From assembly GCA_044344255.1 (NCBI GenBank), contig JBIJDH010000021.1:64001-128000 (forward strand): 64,000 bases of DNA, in the 5' to 3' direction. The stretch comes from Myxococcota bacterium. GTDB lineage: Bacteria > Myxococcota_A > UBA796 > UBA2385. The notes below the pieces were generated by a model. The model was not told where the DNA came from. It searched no databases and saw nothing but the letters and a program-made list of their open reading frames with translations. The position numbers and the translations under genes are program-made. Positions 50,172 to 58,775 of the stretch are shown here, piece by piece (positions within the stretch are counted from its first letter, which is position 1; every line of letters begins with the position of its first letter).

Positions 50172-50935
50172 CGCCTCCCCCGCGTGGAGGGCTCGGCGGC
50201 GACGATGTAGTCTTCGCCGAAGTTCACGCCGCGCTGCACCTCGGAGAGGGCGAGGGTGCGGGCCCGGGTCTCCTCGATGTGGCGGCCCATCTCGGCGGCG
50301 AGGGCGGGATCGGCGAAGTAGGGCAGCTTGCTCTGGGCCACGTTGAGCTGCCCGTTGAAGAAGCGCTCCCGATAGACGATGGGCATCGGGATCGCGTCCA
50401 GCACGGCGAAGTCGGCCGCCTCGAGGTGCCGGATCACCCAGTCCATCGGATATTCGCGGTAGCAGCGGTGGCCGGCGAGGAGGATGCAGGCGTCGCGCAG
50501 GCGGGCGATCTCCAGCACCGCGCGGCCGCCCGGCGTATCGGCGACGTCGGGGTAGGGGGCGAGGCCGACCACATACAGGCGCCGCCCGACCAGCGGGCGC
50601 AGGCGGGAGAAGAGGCGGTCCTGGTAGTAGGGGGCGAAGCCGTCGAGCGCGCCGAGCAGATAGTCCGCGAGCACGGTGTCGTAGACCTCGCCCTCGAGGA
50701 GGGTGGGGTCAGTCCAGTTGCCGGAGAGGATGCGGTCCTGCGGGCGGGTGCGGCCGAGGAAGCGGCTGCGCATCGAAGCCCCACGGTCTCCATCGCCGGT
50801 GATCGCCGTCCAGCGCTCGGTGGGGAGGCCGCAGAGCCAGGACAGGGAGTGGTCGCCGGTGCCGGCGTCCAAGGTGGCGCCCCAGGGGGCGGCGCCCTGG
50901 AGGCGCTCGATCGTGGTGAAGAGGGCGTCGGCCAT
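50168..50935 (-). CDS. Class I SAM-dependent methyltransferase
   Basis: LDAGTG, YDTVLADYLLGA; GTGA overlap with the kinase gene. Confidence 0.8.
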   Translation of the reverse strand: MADALFTTIERLQGAAPWGATLDAGTGDHSLSWLCGLPTERWTAITGDGDRGASMRSRFLGRTRPQDRILSGNWTDPTLLEGEVYDTVLADYLLGALDGFAPYYQDRLFSRLRPLVGRRLYVVGLAPYPDVADTPGGRAVLEIARLRDACILLAGHRCYREYPMDWVIRHLEAADFAVLDAIPMPIVYRERFFNGQLNVAQSKLPYFADPALAAEMGRHIEETRARTLALSEVQRGVNFGEDYIVAAEPSTRGRR

Positions 50936-51025
50936 GGGTCTCCTCGGAGGTGGCCGGCCCCGGGGGCGCGCGGCGGCTCCGTCGGGCGCGGCCATATCCC
51001 CCGCCAGCCCCACGCGGGGGCGGAG

Positions 51026-53374
51026 TCAGGGCGCGCAGACGTAGTCGGTGCAGGACTGGCCGGGGGGGCAGTCGGCGTCCTCCCCGCAGGCGTTCGCCCC
51101 GCAGACCGCCCCCGGCCCGCCGAGGGCGGTGATGCAGGCGAAGGTCTCGGCCACGCTGTCCCCCTCGATCGCGCAGTCGGTGGCGGCGAGGGCCTGCACG
51201 CAGTCGAGGTCACCCTCGGCGCAGCTCCGCCAGTGGTTGTCTCCGCAGGTGGGGTCGGTCGCGGGGTCACAGACGCGCAGGAGCTGCATCATGCCTTCAT
51301 CTTCGTGGCTGAGCTTGTGGCAGTGCAGGACGAAGGCCCCGGTGAAGGTGTTGTACTTCGTGATCATGTCCACCCGTCGGTTCAGGTTCACGAGGTACGT
51401 GTCGCGCCAGTGGGCCACCGGGATGGGGTCGAAGGGGTTCTCCTCCGGACAGACCAGATAGGGGTTGGTGTGGATGTGGAAGGGGTGGCCGTCCGCCGAG
51501 GCGGAGACCCGCCAGTGCTCCACCTCGCCGAGGGGCAGGTCGCGGTCGTAGGGATAGAGCGACCGATCGATCTCGCCGAAGTTCTTGCAGTTGATGTTGT
51601 GGTCGCCGCAGTCGCAGGGATCGGGATCATCGACGGTGAAGATCCCCACCTGGAGGATGTTGACCTGATCGAAGTCTTCCGCCTTCTCGACGAGGGCGGC
51701 CTCGGCGCAGCGGTCCTCCGCCGAGACGCCGTCGATGGTCGTGCTCGGTGCGGTGGCGGCGATGGCGGAGAGGTCGGGGAGAGTGGTGCTCGTCGCGGCG
51801 CCGGCGCCGGAGGTCACGTTGACGATGGCGGCGACGTCGCCGTCGGTCAGGAGGTCAAAGATGTCCTCTTCGGTGGGCGGCCCGCTCGGGTCCGTCGGAT
51901 CGACGCCGGTCTCCTGCAGGAATCGACCGGCGATGAGGCACCAGGTGTCACCCTCCTGCATCACCCCCTCGCCGCCGAAGAGCCCCTCCACTCGATAACC
52001 GGAGGCCATGAACCAGTAGGGCGCCGTGAAGGCCTCGGGGAGGGTGATGCCGTCTCTCGCGATCTGGGTGAGCTCGATGCGGTCGCTCGCCGCGGCGCTC
52101 CAGGTGTTGCAGTCGTTGTCATTCCCCCGAAAGAGGGCCAGATAGACCTCATCGAGGAAGCCCGCGTTCAAGACCCGCCAGCGCTCCACCTGCCCCGGGG
52201 GTGTCACGATGCGGGGTCGGTGGACGCCGTTGATGAGGTTGAGCTGCTTGGCGGCGGGGTCGCCGAGCACGCCGAAGTTGTTGAAGGTGAGGCTCTCCTC
52301 CGTGCAGTCCTCCCCCTCGGCGAGCTCGACGAAGCCGTTGTCTCCGACCGGCGGCGTGCTGAAGACGAGCACCCGCTCCCGGGCCTCGGCCATCCCGGGC
52401 ACCGCGTCCACGGGGCCGCGGATGATCCACGCGCCGGCCGCGCCCGAGGAGACCTGAATGGCGGTCGTGCCGTGGATGTGGGGGTGGTACCAGTTCAGGC
52501 CGTCGTGGTGGGTGCCGTCTTCGTCGATGTCCCAGCGGTAGTGTGCCCCCTCCCCGGGCTCCACCTGGGTGAGCACGTCGTCGCTGAAGAAGCAGGTGTC
52601 GTCTGAGCTGTCGCCGTCGCAGACGTCGGCGTCGCAGTCGCGACAGGTGAGGCCGTCGGCGTCGACGCAGCCGCCGCCCGCCGCCGCGTCCGGGCGGATG
52701 TGGGAGCCGTGGGCGTGGAGGTTCGTGAGGTTGAAGTTGTACATCTCATGGCACTCTTCCCCCTCGCTGTTCGTGCAGGTGCAGTCCCCGTGCCCCGCCA
52801 TCTCGTCGCAGCCGCCGTGCCCGGCGGGCTCGCAGGCCATCCCGTCCGCGTCGAGGCAGGCGCAGGTGTCGTCCCCCTCGAGGGAGCGGTAGTCGGGCTG
52901 GGTGAAGGCGTTGGTGAGGTCAATTCGGATCTGGCGCGGGCTGTCCCCCTCCCGGGCCTCGGTGACCAGGGTGGGGGCGACGTAGGAGCCGTTGTAGGCG
53001 CGGCCGCAGTGGCGCTTCCCGTCGAACTCGAGCTCGGTGGGGGCGAGGGTGAGGGAGTGGACGCCGTCTACGGCCTCGAGCTCCGGGATGTCGACCCAGG
53101 TCGGCTCGACGCAGCTCCCGTCGGCGAGCTCCACGCAGTCCGGATCTCCGGTGTCGCCGCCGCCGTCCGCCCCGTCGGTGCCGTCTGTCCCGTCGGTGCC
53201 GTCTGTCCCGTCGGCGCCGTCTGTCCCGTCGGCGCCGTCTGTCCCGTCGGCGCCGTCTGTCCCGTCGGTCCCGTCGGGCCCGCCCTTGTCTCCTCCGCAG
53301 CCCACGGTGGCAGAGGCGGCGCCGGCGAGCAGCAGGGCCAGGAGGGCGGAGGGGAGGCGGCGGCGGTTGGACAT
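51026..53374 (-). CDS. Multicopper oxidase lipoprotein with Cys/acidic-rich insertions
   Basis: [37 protein letters not shown] lipobox; (DGT/DGA)n linker. Confidence 0.92.
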   Translation of the reverse strand: MSNRRRLPSALLALLLAGAASATVGCGGDKGGPDGTDGTDGADGTDGADGTDGADGTDGTDGTDGTDGADGGGDTGDPDCVELADGSCVEPTWVDIPELEAVDGVHSLTLAPTELEFDGKRHCGRAYNGSYVAPTLVTEAREGDSPRQIRIDLTNAFTQPDYRSLEGDDTCACLDADGMACEPAGHGGCDEMAGHGDCTCTNSEGEECHEMYNFNLTNLHAHGSHIRPDAAAGGGCVDADGLTCRDCDADVCDGDSSDDTCFFSDDVLTQVEPGEGAHYRWDIDEDGTHHDGLNWYHPHIHGTTAIQVSSGAAGAWIIRGPVDAVPGMAEARERVLVFSTPPVGDNGFVELAEGEDCTEESLTFNNFGVLGDPAAKQLNLINGVHRPRIVTPPGQVERWRVLNAGFLDEVYLALFRGNDNDCNTWSAAASDRIELTQIARDGITLPEAFTAPYWFMASGYRVEGLFGGEGVMQEGDTWCLIAGRFLQETGVDPTDPSGPPTEEDIFDLLTDGDVAAIVNVTSGAGAATSTTLPDLSAIAATAPSTTIDGVSAEDRCAEAALVEKAEDFDQVNILQVGIFTVDDPDPCDCGDHNINCKNFGEIDRSLYPYDRDLPLGEVEHWRVSASADGHPFHIHTNPYLVCPEENPFDPIPVAHWRDTYLVNLNRRVDMITKYNTFTGAFVLHCHKLSHEDEGMMQLLRVCDPATDPTCGDNHWRSCAEGDLDCVQALAATDCAIEGDSVAETFACITALGGPGAVCGANACGEDADCPPGQSCTDYVCAP

Positions 53375-53466
53375 GGGGATCCCTCGCGAGGCCGAGGGTG
53401 GAGCGGTCGGCGGTTCGCCCTCTCCTTCTACCGGTGGGCCTCCCGCACAGGGATGGCCGCAGTCGG

Positions 53467-53850
53467 TCAGGGGGTGGTCGACATTTGGACAGGGCCGGCC
53501 GGGACAGGGCCGGCCGGGACAGGGCCGGCCGGGACAGGGCCGGCCGGGACAGGGCTCGGGGCCTCGATCACGCAGCCGGTCGCGGCGTCGACCCAGCGCG
53601 CGCTCTGTCTACCCATGCCGAGGGCCCGGGCGCTCACGCGCCGCTCGGCGAGGTCAATCCGATAGCGCGCGACGGCGGGTTCGACCTTCGTATAGGCCGC
53701 GCAGGCCGCCTCGCTGCGCCCGCTGACGAACAGGCAGGAGCACATCTCCTTGGCGGCGAAGCCGGAGGCCAGCTCAAAGAGGCTGTTGTCATAGGCCCGC
53801 GGGGCGGGCTTGGGCGCGCAGGCGAGGGCGCCGAGGAGGAGCAGGATCAA
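53467..53850 (-). CDS. Small lipoprotein (AKxxCSxxFVSGR type)
   Basis: ALAC lipobox; GFAAKEMCSCLFVSGR; (PVPAG)n tail from a 15-bp repeat. Confidence 0.7.
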   Translation of the reverse strand: MILLLLGALACAPKPAPRAYDNSLFELASGFAAKEMCSCLFVSGRSEAACAAYTKVEPAVARYRIDLAERRVSARALGMGRQSARWVDAATGCVIEAPSPVPAGPVPAGPVPAGPVPAGPVQMSTTP

Positions 53851-55055
53851 GGGGTGGCTCCGGTGCCCGGCTGTCGCCCCCGGGCCTCCAGGACGAGGCG
53901 GAGGAGCTCATCGAGTGAGAAGCTGCCGTCCCGATCGTCGCCGGTGCGCACCACCACGAGGTCGTGGCTGGGGATCACGGTGATCGACTGGGCCCAGTGG
54001 CCGAGGGCGGCGAAGGCCCCCTCGGGGGCGTGGGGCCAGGGGAGGGAGGTCTGTCCGATCTCCGGCACGGCGCGGTTCAGCCAGAGCTGTCGCCCCTGCA
54101 CGTCTCCCTCGTCGCGGTGGAGGGGCTTCTGTCGGATCGGGCCGTTGACGGCGGTAGACGCGGTGACCCAGCCCTCTGGCAGGAGGCGGTCGCCGCCCCA
54201 GCAGCCGTCTCGGAGGAGGAGCAGGCCGAAGCGGGCGAGGTCCTGGGGTGTGGCGTAGAGATAGGAAGAGCCCACGTAGGTGCCGCGCCCGTCCCGCTCC
54301 CAGGTGGCGGAGCGGAGGCCGATAGGGTCAAAGAGGAGGGCCCAGGGGTACCGCTCGCCGTGGGCCGGTGAGAGGGCCGCCCCCGCCACCGCGGAGAGGA
54401 CGTTCGTGTCTCCCGAGGAGTAGGCCCAGCTCGTCCCCGGCGGGTCACGGAGGGGGTGCTCGGCGACGAAGGCCGCCATGTCACCCTTGCCCTCGCCGTA
54501 GAGCATGGCCAGCACGGAGGACTCGGTGAGCGCGGTGCCCTCGTAGCCCTCGACCCAGTCGAAGCCGCTCGAGAACTCGAGCAGGTGCTGCACCGTGACC
54601 GCGCAGCTCGACGCCGGGAAGTCGGGGCGAAATTTGCAGATGGAGTCTGTGAGCGCGACCTTGCCCTCCCCCACCGCCACGCCGATGAGGGCGCCCATCA
54701 CGCTCTTGCTCACCGACCAAGCGAGGTGCCGGGTCTCGGCGGTGTAGTCGGCGCCGTATCGTTCGTAGACGATCCGCCCCTCGGAGAGGACCACCACGCC
54801 GTCGGTGCGGACCCCCGCCCGGGCCTTGTCGGCGCGGTCCTGCCCCGGGGGGAACAGGTAGGCGTCGAGGGGGGCGGTGGCCGTCCAGGGGGCACGATCC
54901 CAGGCCTCCCCCGGGGTCGCTCCGGCGGGACAGGAGGGGTCTGCGGCCGCGGCCTCGGCGATCGGCAGCCCCACGAGCACGAGGCCCGCGAACCGGAGGC
55001 CCTCGAGCAGGAGGAGCGGGGCGAGGGGGCGGCGTCGGCGCGGGGAGGTGATCAC
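53847..55055 (-). CDS. Serine hydrolase, beta-lactamase/AmpC-like superfamily
   Basis: SVSK (SxxK), YSS, DLARFG, GHWAQ..V.P..DLVVVR. Confidence 0.9.
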   Translation of the reverse strand: MITSPRRRRPLAPLLLLEGLRFAGLVLVGLPIAEAAAADPSCPAGATPGEAWDRAPWTATAPLDAYLFPPGQDRADKARAGVRTDGVVVLSEGRIVYERYGADYTAETRHLAWSVSKSVMGALIGVAVGEGKVALTDSICKFRPDFPASSCAVTVQHLLEFSSGFDWVEGYEGTALTESSVLAMLYGEGKGDMAAFVAEHPLRDPPGTSWAYSSGDTNVLSAVAGAALSPAHGERYPWALLFDPIGLRSATWERDGRGTYVGSSYLYATPQDLARFGLLLLRDGCWGGDRLLPEGWVTASTAVNGPIRQKPLHRDEGDVQGRQLWLNRAVPEIGQTSLPWPHAPEGAFAALGHWAQSITVIPSHDLVVVRTGDDRDGSFSLDELLRLVLEARGRQPGTGATP

Positions 55056-55061
55056 GGGCCC

Positions 55062-55105
55062 TGTCTACCACATCGTTGTCTACCACATCGTTGTCTACCA
55101 CATCG
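55062..55105. repeat. 15-bp tandem repeat TGTCTACCACATCGT x3 in a divergent promoter region
   Basis: Read directly. Confidence 0.95.
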
Positions 55106-55183
55106 GCCGCCGCCCTTCTCGCCCCCGGGGCCCTTGCTCGGGGCCGCGCCGCCGGTGCAAGCTGCGAAGAACCCGGGGCCCTC

Positions 55184-56020
55184 ATGCTGCGCTCGATGTC
55201 TCTCCCCCTCTGGCTGACCGTGTGCTCCCTCTCCGCTCCGGCGGGCGCGGCCGAGCTCGAGCCGACGATGGGGGCCTCCCTCTCCGCCAGCTATTGGGAC
55301 CTCGGCACCAAGGTGGCGGCCAAGCCCGGCCTCAAGCTCCCCCTCTGGAACCAGCCCGACAGCGTGCTCTTCGCGGACACCTCCCTCCACGGAGAGCTCA
55401 GCCTCGAGCTCACGCCAGCCTATGCCCGGGTGGTGCCCACCCTCACCTTCTCGCCCATCGCGGTGCTCGAGCTCAGCGCGCATTACGCGGCCTCGGGCTG
55501 GTTCGGGACCTTCTCTACGATCAAGCCCTTTGACAGCCCCGCCGCCGCCGCCACCGAGGAGGCCCTCGCCGAGCTCGACGGGCAGACCGGCTTTGGCCAG
55601 CGTGTGGGCGGCGAGGTGACGCTGCAAGCGAAGGCGGGGCCGGTGATCGTGGCCCTCTGGGGCAGCGGCGAGCGCTGGTGGACCGAGCCCAGCGGGGGGC
55701 GGAGCGGCTGCTGCTTCTATGAGTCGGAGCGGGAGCTGCTCTTCGCTTGGGAGGAGACCTACCTCTCCGGCAACGGGGTCCTGCTCTATGAGCGCACCCT
55801 GGACGCGGACGCGGGCCGGGCCTTTCGGGTGGGCAGCATCACGAACTACAGCCGGGCCCAGACTACGGAGGACGTGCTGCTCCGCTCCGGCCTGATCGGC
55901 ACCTACTCGACGAGCGCCCACTGGACCTTCGTCCTGCTGGCCCAGCCCTACCTCCGCTCCCGCACCCATGACGCCGCCTTCCCGCCCTTTATGGCCGCCC
56001 AGGCGCGCTGGAAGATGTGA
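55184..56020 (+). CDS. Hypothetical secreted/outer-membrane beta-rich protein
   Basis: Signal peptide ending AGA; amphipathic strands; terminal aromatic residue. Confidence 0.65.
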   Translation: MLRSMSLPLWLTVCSLSAPAGAAELEPTMGASLSASYWDLGTKVAAKPGLKLPLWNQPDSVLFADTSLHGELSLELTPAYARVVPTLTFSPIAVLELSAHYAASGWFGTFSTIKPFDSPAAAATEEALAELDGQTGFGQRVGGEVTLQAKAGPVIVALWGSGERWWTEPSGGRSGCCFYESERELLFAWEETYLSGNGVLLYERTLDADAGRAFRVGSITNYSRAQTTEDVLLRSGLIGTYSTSAHWTFVLLAQPYLRSRTHDAAFPPFMAAQARWKM

Positions 56021-56134
56021 TGTGAGGGGGAGGGAGCACGGGCGGCTGGACGCAGCCCTTGGAGCAAGCCTAGGGCGGCTCTCAGCCGGCTCCAATCTCG
56101 CGCGGGCATGTTGAGACCGTACCCAGGAGGTCTC

Positions 56135-56563
56135 ATGAGTCGTCTCCCCGCGATCGCCGCCGCCCTTGGCGGCCTCCTCTTGTCCGTGGTCTTGGTGGGG
56201 ACGGTCGCGCTGACCGTCGGCTTGGGCCCGGACCGGAGCGTCGACGGTGCCCCCACCGCGGAGGACCCGGGCGGCCCTGCGCCCTCCGCCCAGCCCTCCG
56301 CCCAGCCCTCCGCCCAGCCCTCCGCCGACGCTCCCGCGGCCTTCGTCGACGAGGGCGCGGAGGCGGTCGCGGAGAGCGAGCCCGCTCGTCGGCGGTACGA
56401 CGAAGGTGAGGGAGCGGACGAAGAGGACGAAGGCGAAGACGAAGAGGGAGAGGACGAGGACGAGGGCGAGGGCGACGATGACGCCCACGAGCGGCACGAG
56501 CGGCACGAGCGGCACGAGCGGCACGAGCGGCACGAGCGCGGCGGCGAGGCCGATGATGACTGA
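56135..56563 (+). CDS. Membrane-anchored protein with acidic and (HER)5 tail
   Basis: AGGAGG RBS; one TM helix; D/E tract; 9-bp repeat. Confidence 0.65.
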   Translation: MSRLPAIAAALGGLLLSVVLVGTVALTVGLGPDRSVDGAPTAEDPGGPAPSAQPSAQPSAQPSADAPAAFVDEGAEAVAESEPARRRYDEGEGADEEDEGEDEEGEDEDEGEGDDDAHERHERHERHERHERHERGGEADDD

Positions 56564-57011
56564 AGAGAAGGTGCCAGAGCATGTGCCAGAGAGGGCGACC
56601 CACAAGGCGCCTGCAAAGGCCAGCGGGGGGCTCTCGGAGCGAGAGCGGAGGGCCTTTCTGGTAGACCTGTCCGTCCTCTGCGGGTCCGTCGTCCTCCTCG
56701 GGCTGAGCGGCCTGGCGGTCGTCTCGGGCAGCCCGCGCTCGACGGCCGGTGGCTCGGGTTGGGCGGAGGGCCCTGCCGAGGGCGCGCTCGCCGAGGCGGA
56801 GCCCGCGGCGGTCGGGGCGGGCTTCGCCGCCCGGGCTCGCTCGCTGCGCGTGGGCCTCGACGGGGAGGACGACGATGATGACGATGACGACGACCACGAG
56901 AGCGGCCGCCTCGTCGCCCGGGCCGACCGCTCGCCCGCCGCAGGGCTCCAGCGCTCTCCCTCGCGGGGTCGGGGCGGCCGGGCCGTCCATCGACGCTCCC
57001 GGGCCTCGTGA
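56553..57011 (+). CDS. Exported/membrane protein ending in ...RSRAS (candidate ApbE substrate)
   Basis: RRAFL followed by a hydrophobic helix; stop overlaps the apbE start. Confidence 0.55.
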   Translation: MMTEEKVPEHVPERATHKAPAKASGGLSERERRAFLVDLSVLCGSVVLLGLSGLAVVSGSPRSTAGGSGWAEGPAEGALAEAEPAAVGAGFAARARSLRVGLDGEDDDDDDDDDHESGRLVARADRSPAAGLQRSPSRGRGGRAVHRRSRAS

Positions 57012-57844
57012 TGCCCACGATCTTCCGCGCCATGGACACCGAGTGGGCCGTCTTCTCCGATCGGCCGGACCTCCACGGTGAGGTGGAGCGGCAGGTGCGG
57101 GAGCTCGAGGGCCTGGCCTCCCGGTTCCAGCCCGAGAGCGCCTTGTCGCGGCTCAACCAGCGGCGGGCGCTGCGGTCTCCGGAGCTCGCCCCGCTCGTCC
57201 TCCTCGCCCTCCAGTGGAGGACGGCGACCGGCGGGCTCTTTGACCCCACCCTCGGCGCCCATCTGCGGGCGGCCGGGTACCGCAGCAGCTTTGAGGCCCT
57301 CCCCGCGGAGGCCGAGCGGGGGCCGATCCCCGCGGGGCGCCTCGGCGTCCGGGTCGAAGGGGATGAGCTCCGCCTCGAGGGGGAGGGGGAGCTCGACCTC
57401 GGCGGGATCGCCAAGGGGTGGGCGGTGGAGCGGGCGCACGCCTGGCTCCGCGCGGCGGGGGCCTCCTTCGCCCTCGTCGATGGCGGCGGAGACCTGCGCG
57501 GCAGCGGGCGGCCGTGGGCCATCGGCTGGGGGCACGACGAGTCCCTCTCCCTCCCGGACGGCGCGGTCGCCACGTCCAGCACGGAGCGGCGCCGGTGGGG
57601 CGTCCGAGGGGGCGGCGGCGCCCACCACATCCTCGATCCGCGCAGCGGGGAGCCCGCGCGGTCGGCGCTCCGCACCGTCACCGTCCGGGCCCCCGACACG
57701 GTCACCGCCGAGGTCCTCGCCAAGGCGGTGCTGATCGACCCCGACACCTTCATCCCCCGCCTCGTTGACTTCTCCGCGGCCGCGACCGTCTCGGACGCGG
57801 GCGGCCGCTGGTGGCACACACCCAACTGGCCGGAGCCTGCATGA
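57008..57844 (+). CDS. apbE: FAD:protein FMN transferase
   Basis: FRAMDT, SRFQPES.LSRLN, GLFDPT, DLGGIAKG, GGD, VATS, HHILDPRSG. Confidence 0.92.
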   Translation: MMPTIFRAMDTEWAVFSDRPDLHGEVERQVRELEGLASRFQPESALSRLNQRRALRSPELAPLVLLALQWRTATGGLFDPTLGAHLRAAGYRSSFEALPAEAERGPIPAGRLGVRVEGDELRLEGEGELDLGGIAKGWAVERAHAWLRAAGASFALVDGGGDLRGSGRPWAIGWGHDESLSLPDGAVATSSTERRRWGVRGGGGAHHILDPRSGEPARSALRTVTVRAPDTVTAEVLAKAVLIDPDTFIPRLVDFSAAATVSDAGGRWWHTPNWPEPA

Positions 57845-58512
57845 GCGCCTCCTTTCCTTCGTGGTTCCGCGCCCTCCTCTGGATGGCCGCGGGCGGCCTC
57901 CTGCTGGTGACCCTCCGCTCGGCGGCCTCCGCCGTCTCTGGCGCCGGGCTGCCCCTCTTGTGGTGGAGCGCCCGCACGCTCGGCATCGTGGCCACCGTGG
58001 CCCTGTCTCTGTCCATCGTCTTCGGGCTCCAGCTCGGCGGTAAGTCGGCGGCCCTGCTCCCCCCTGCCGTGACCCTGGCGCTGCACCAGCGGTGGACCCT
58101 CGTGTCCCTGCTCGCCACCGCCGGCCATGTGCTGGCGGTGGTCGTCGATGACAACGCGCGGGTCGGGCCCCTCTCCGTGCTCATCCCCTTCGCGTCTGCT
58201 CAGCTCCGGGGCCCGGTGGCGCTCGGCACCCTGGCGCTCTGGGGCCTCGCCTTGATCGCCCTGTCCACCGCCCTCTCGGCCCACATCCCCCGGCCCGTCT
58301 GGCGCGCGCTGCACGGCCTCGCCTTCGGCGCCTTCGCCCTCTCGGTGATGCACGCCGCGACCGCTGGCACGGACGTCTGGTCGCCCGTCGTGCTCCTCTT
58401 GGTCGGCGGCGGGCTCGTCCTGGTGCTCGGCGGGGTCTTCCAGCGGGTCCTGCTGGGCCTCCTGCTTCCGGCGGGCGAGCCCAAGGGCAGCGGCGAGCGG
58501 GGCGGGGCCTAA
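57841..58512 (+). CDS. Ferric reductase-like transmembrane (MsrQ-like) heme b protein
   Basis: WWSAR..G, LHQ, GHV, WRALH..AF, VMHA; six TM helices. Confidence 0.8.
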   Translation: MSASFPSWFRALLWMAAGGLLLVTLRSAASAVSGAGLPLLWWSARTLGIVATVALSLSIVFGLQLGGKSAALLPPAVTLALHQRWTLVSLLATAGHVLAVVVDDNARVGPLSVLIPFASAQLRGPVALGTLALWGLALIALSTALSAHIPRPVWRALHGLAFGAFALSVMHAATAGTDVWSPVVLLLVGGGLVLVLGGVFQRVLLGLLLPAGEPKGSGERGGA

Positions 58513-58775
58513 ATGCAAACCGTTTGCAAATCTTTTGCAAACCGTGCCCGAACTGTATAGTCGTGTGCAACGTTTTGTAATCGCTGGAGTTGAACAGGTG
58601 ATCTGCGTGGGTCTTCGGACTTCAAGACGGGTCGATCACAGGCCAATCTGGGTCTATTTGATGGGGCGGCTATAAAAGTTTACATTATAAGGAGATCCTA
58701 TTCTCCATCAGTTTGACCGTACTCTGCGGCTCCGGTGCCTTGCGCGGTTCAGAGAAACAAGAGTAGCCTCGGGGC

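Noticed and set aside
58535..58550. Minus-strand GGGCACGGTTTGCA as a sigma54 promoter
   Set aside because: GG to GC spacing is 2 nt too short.
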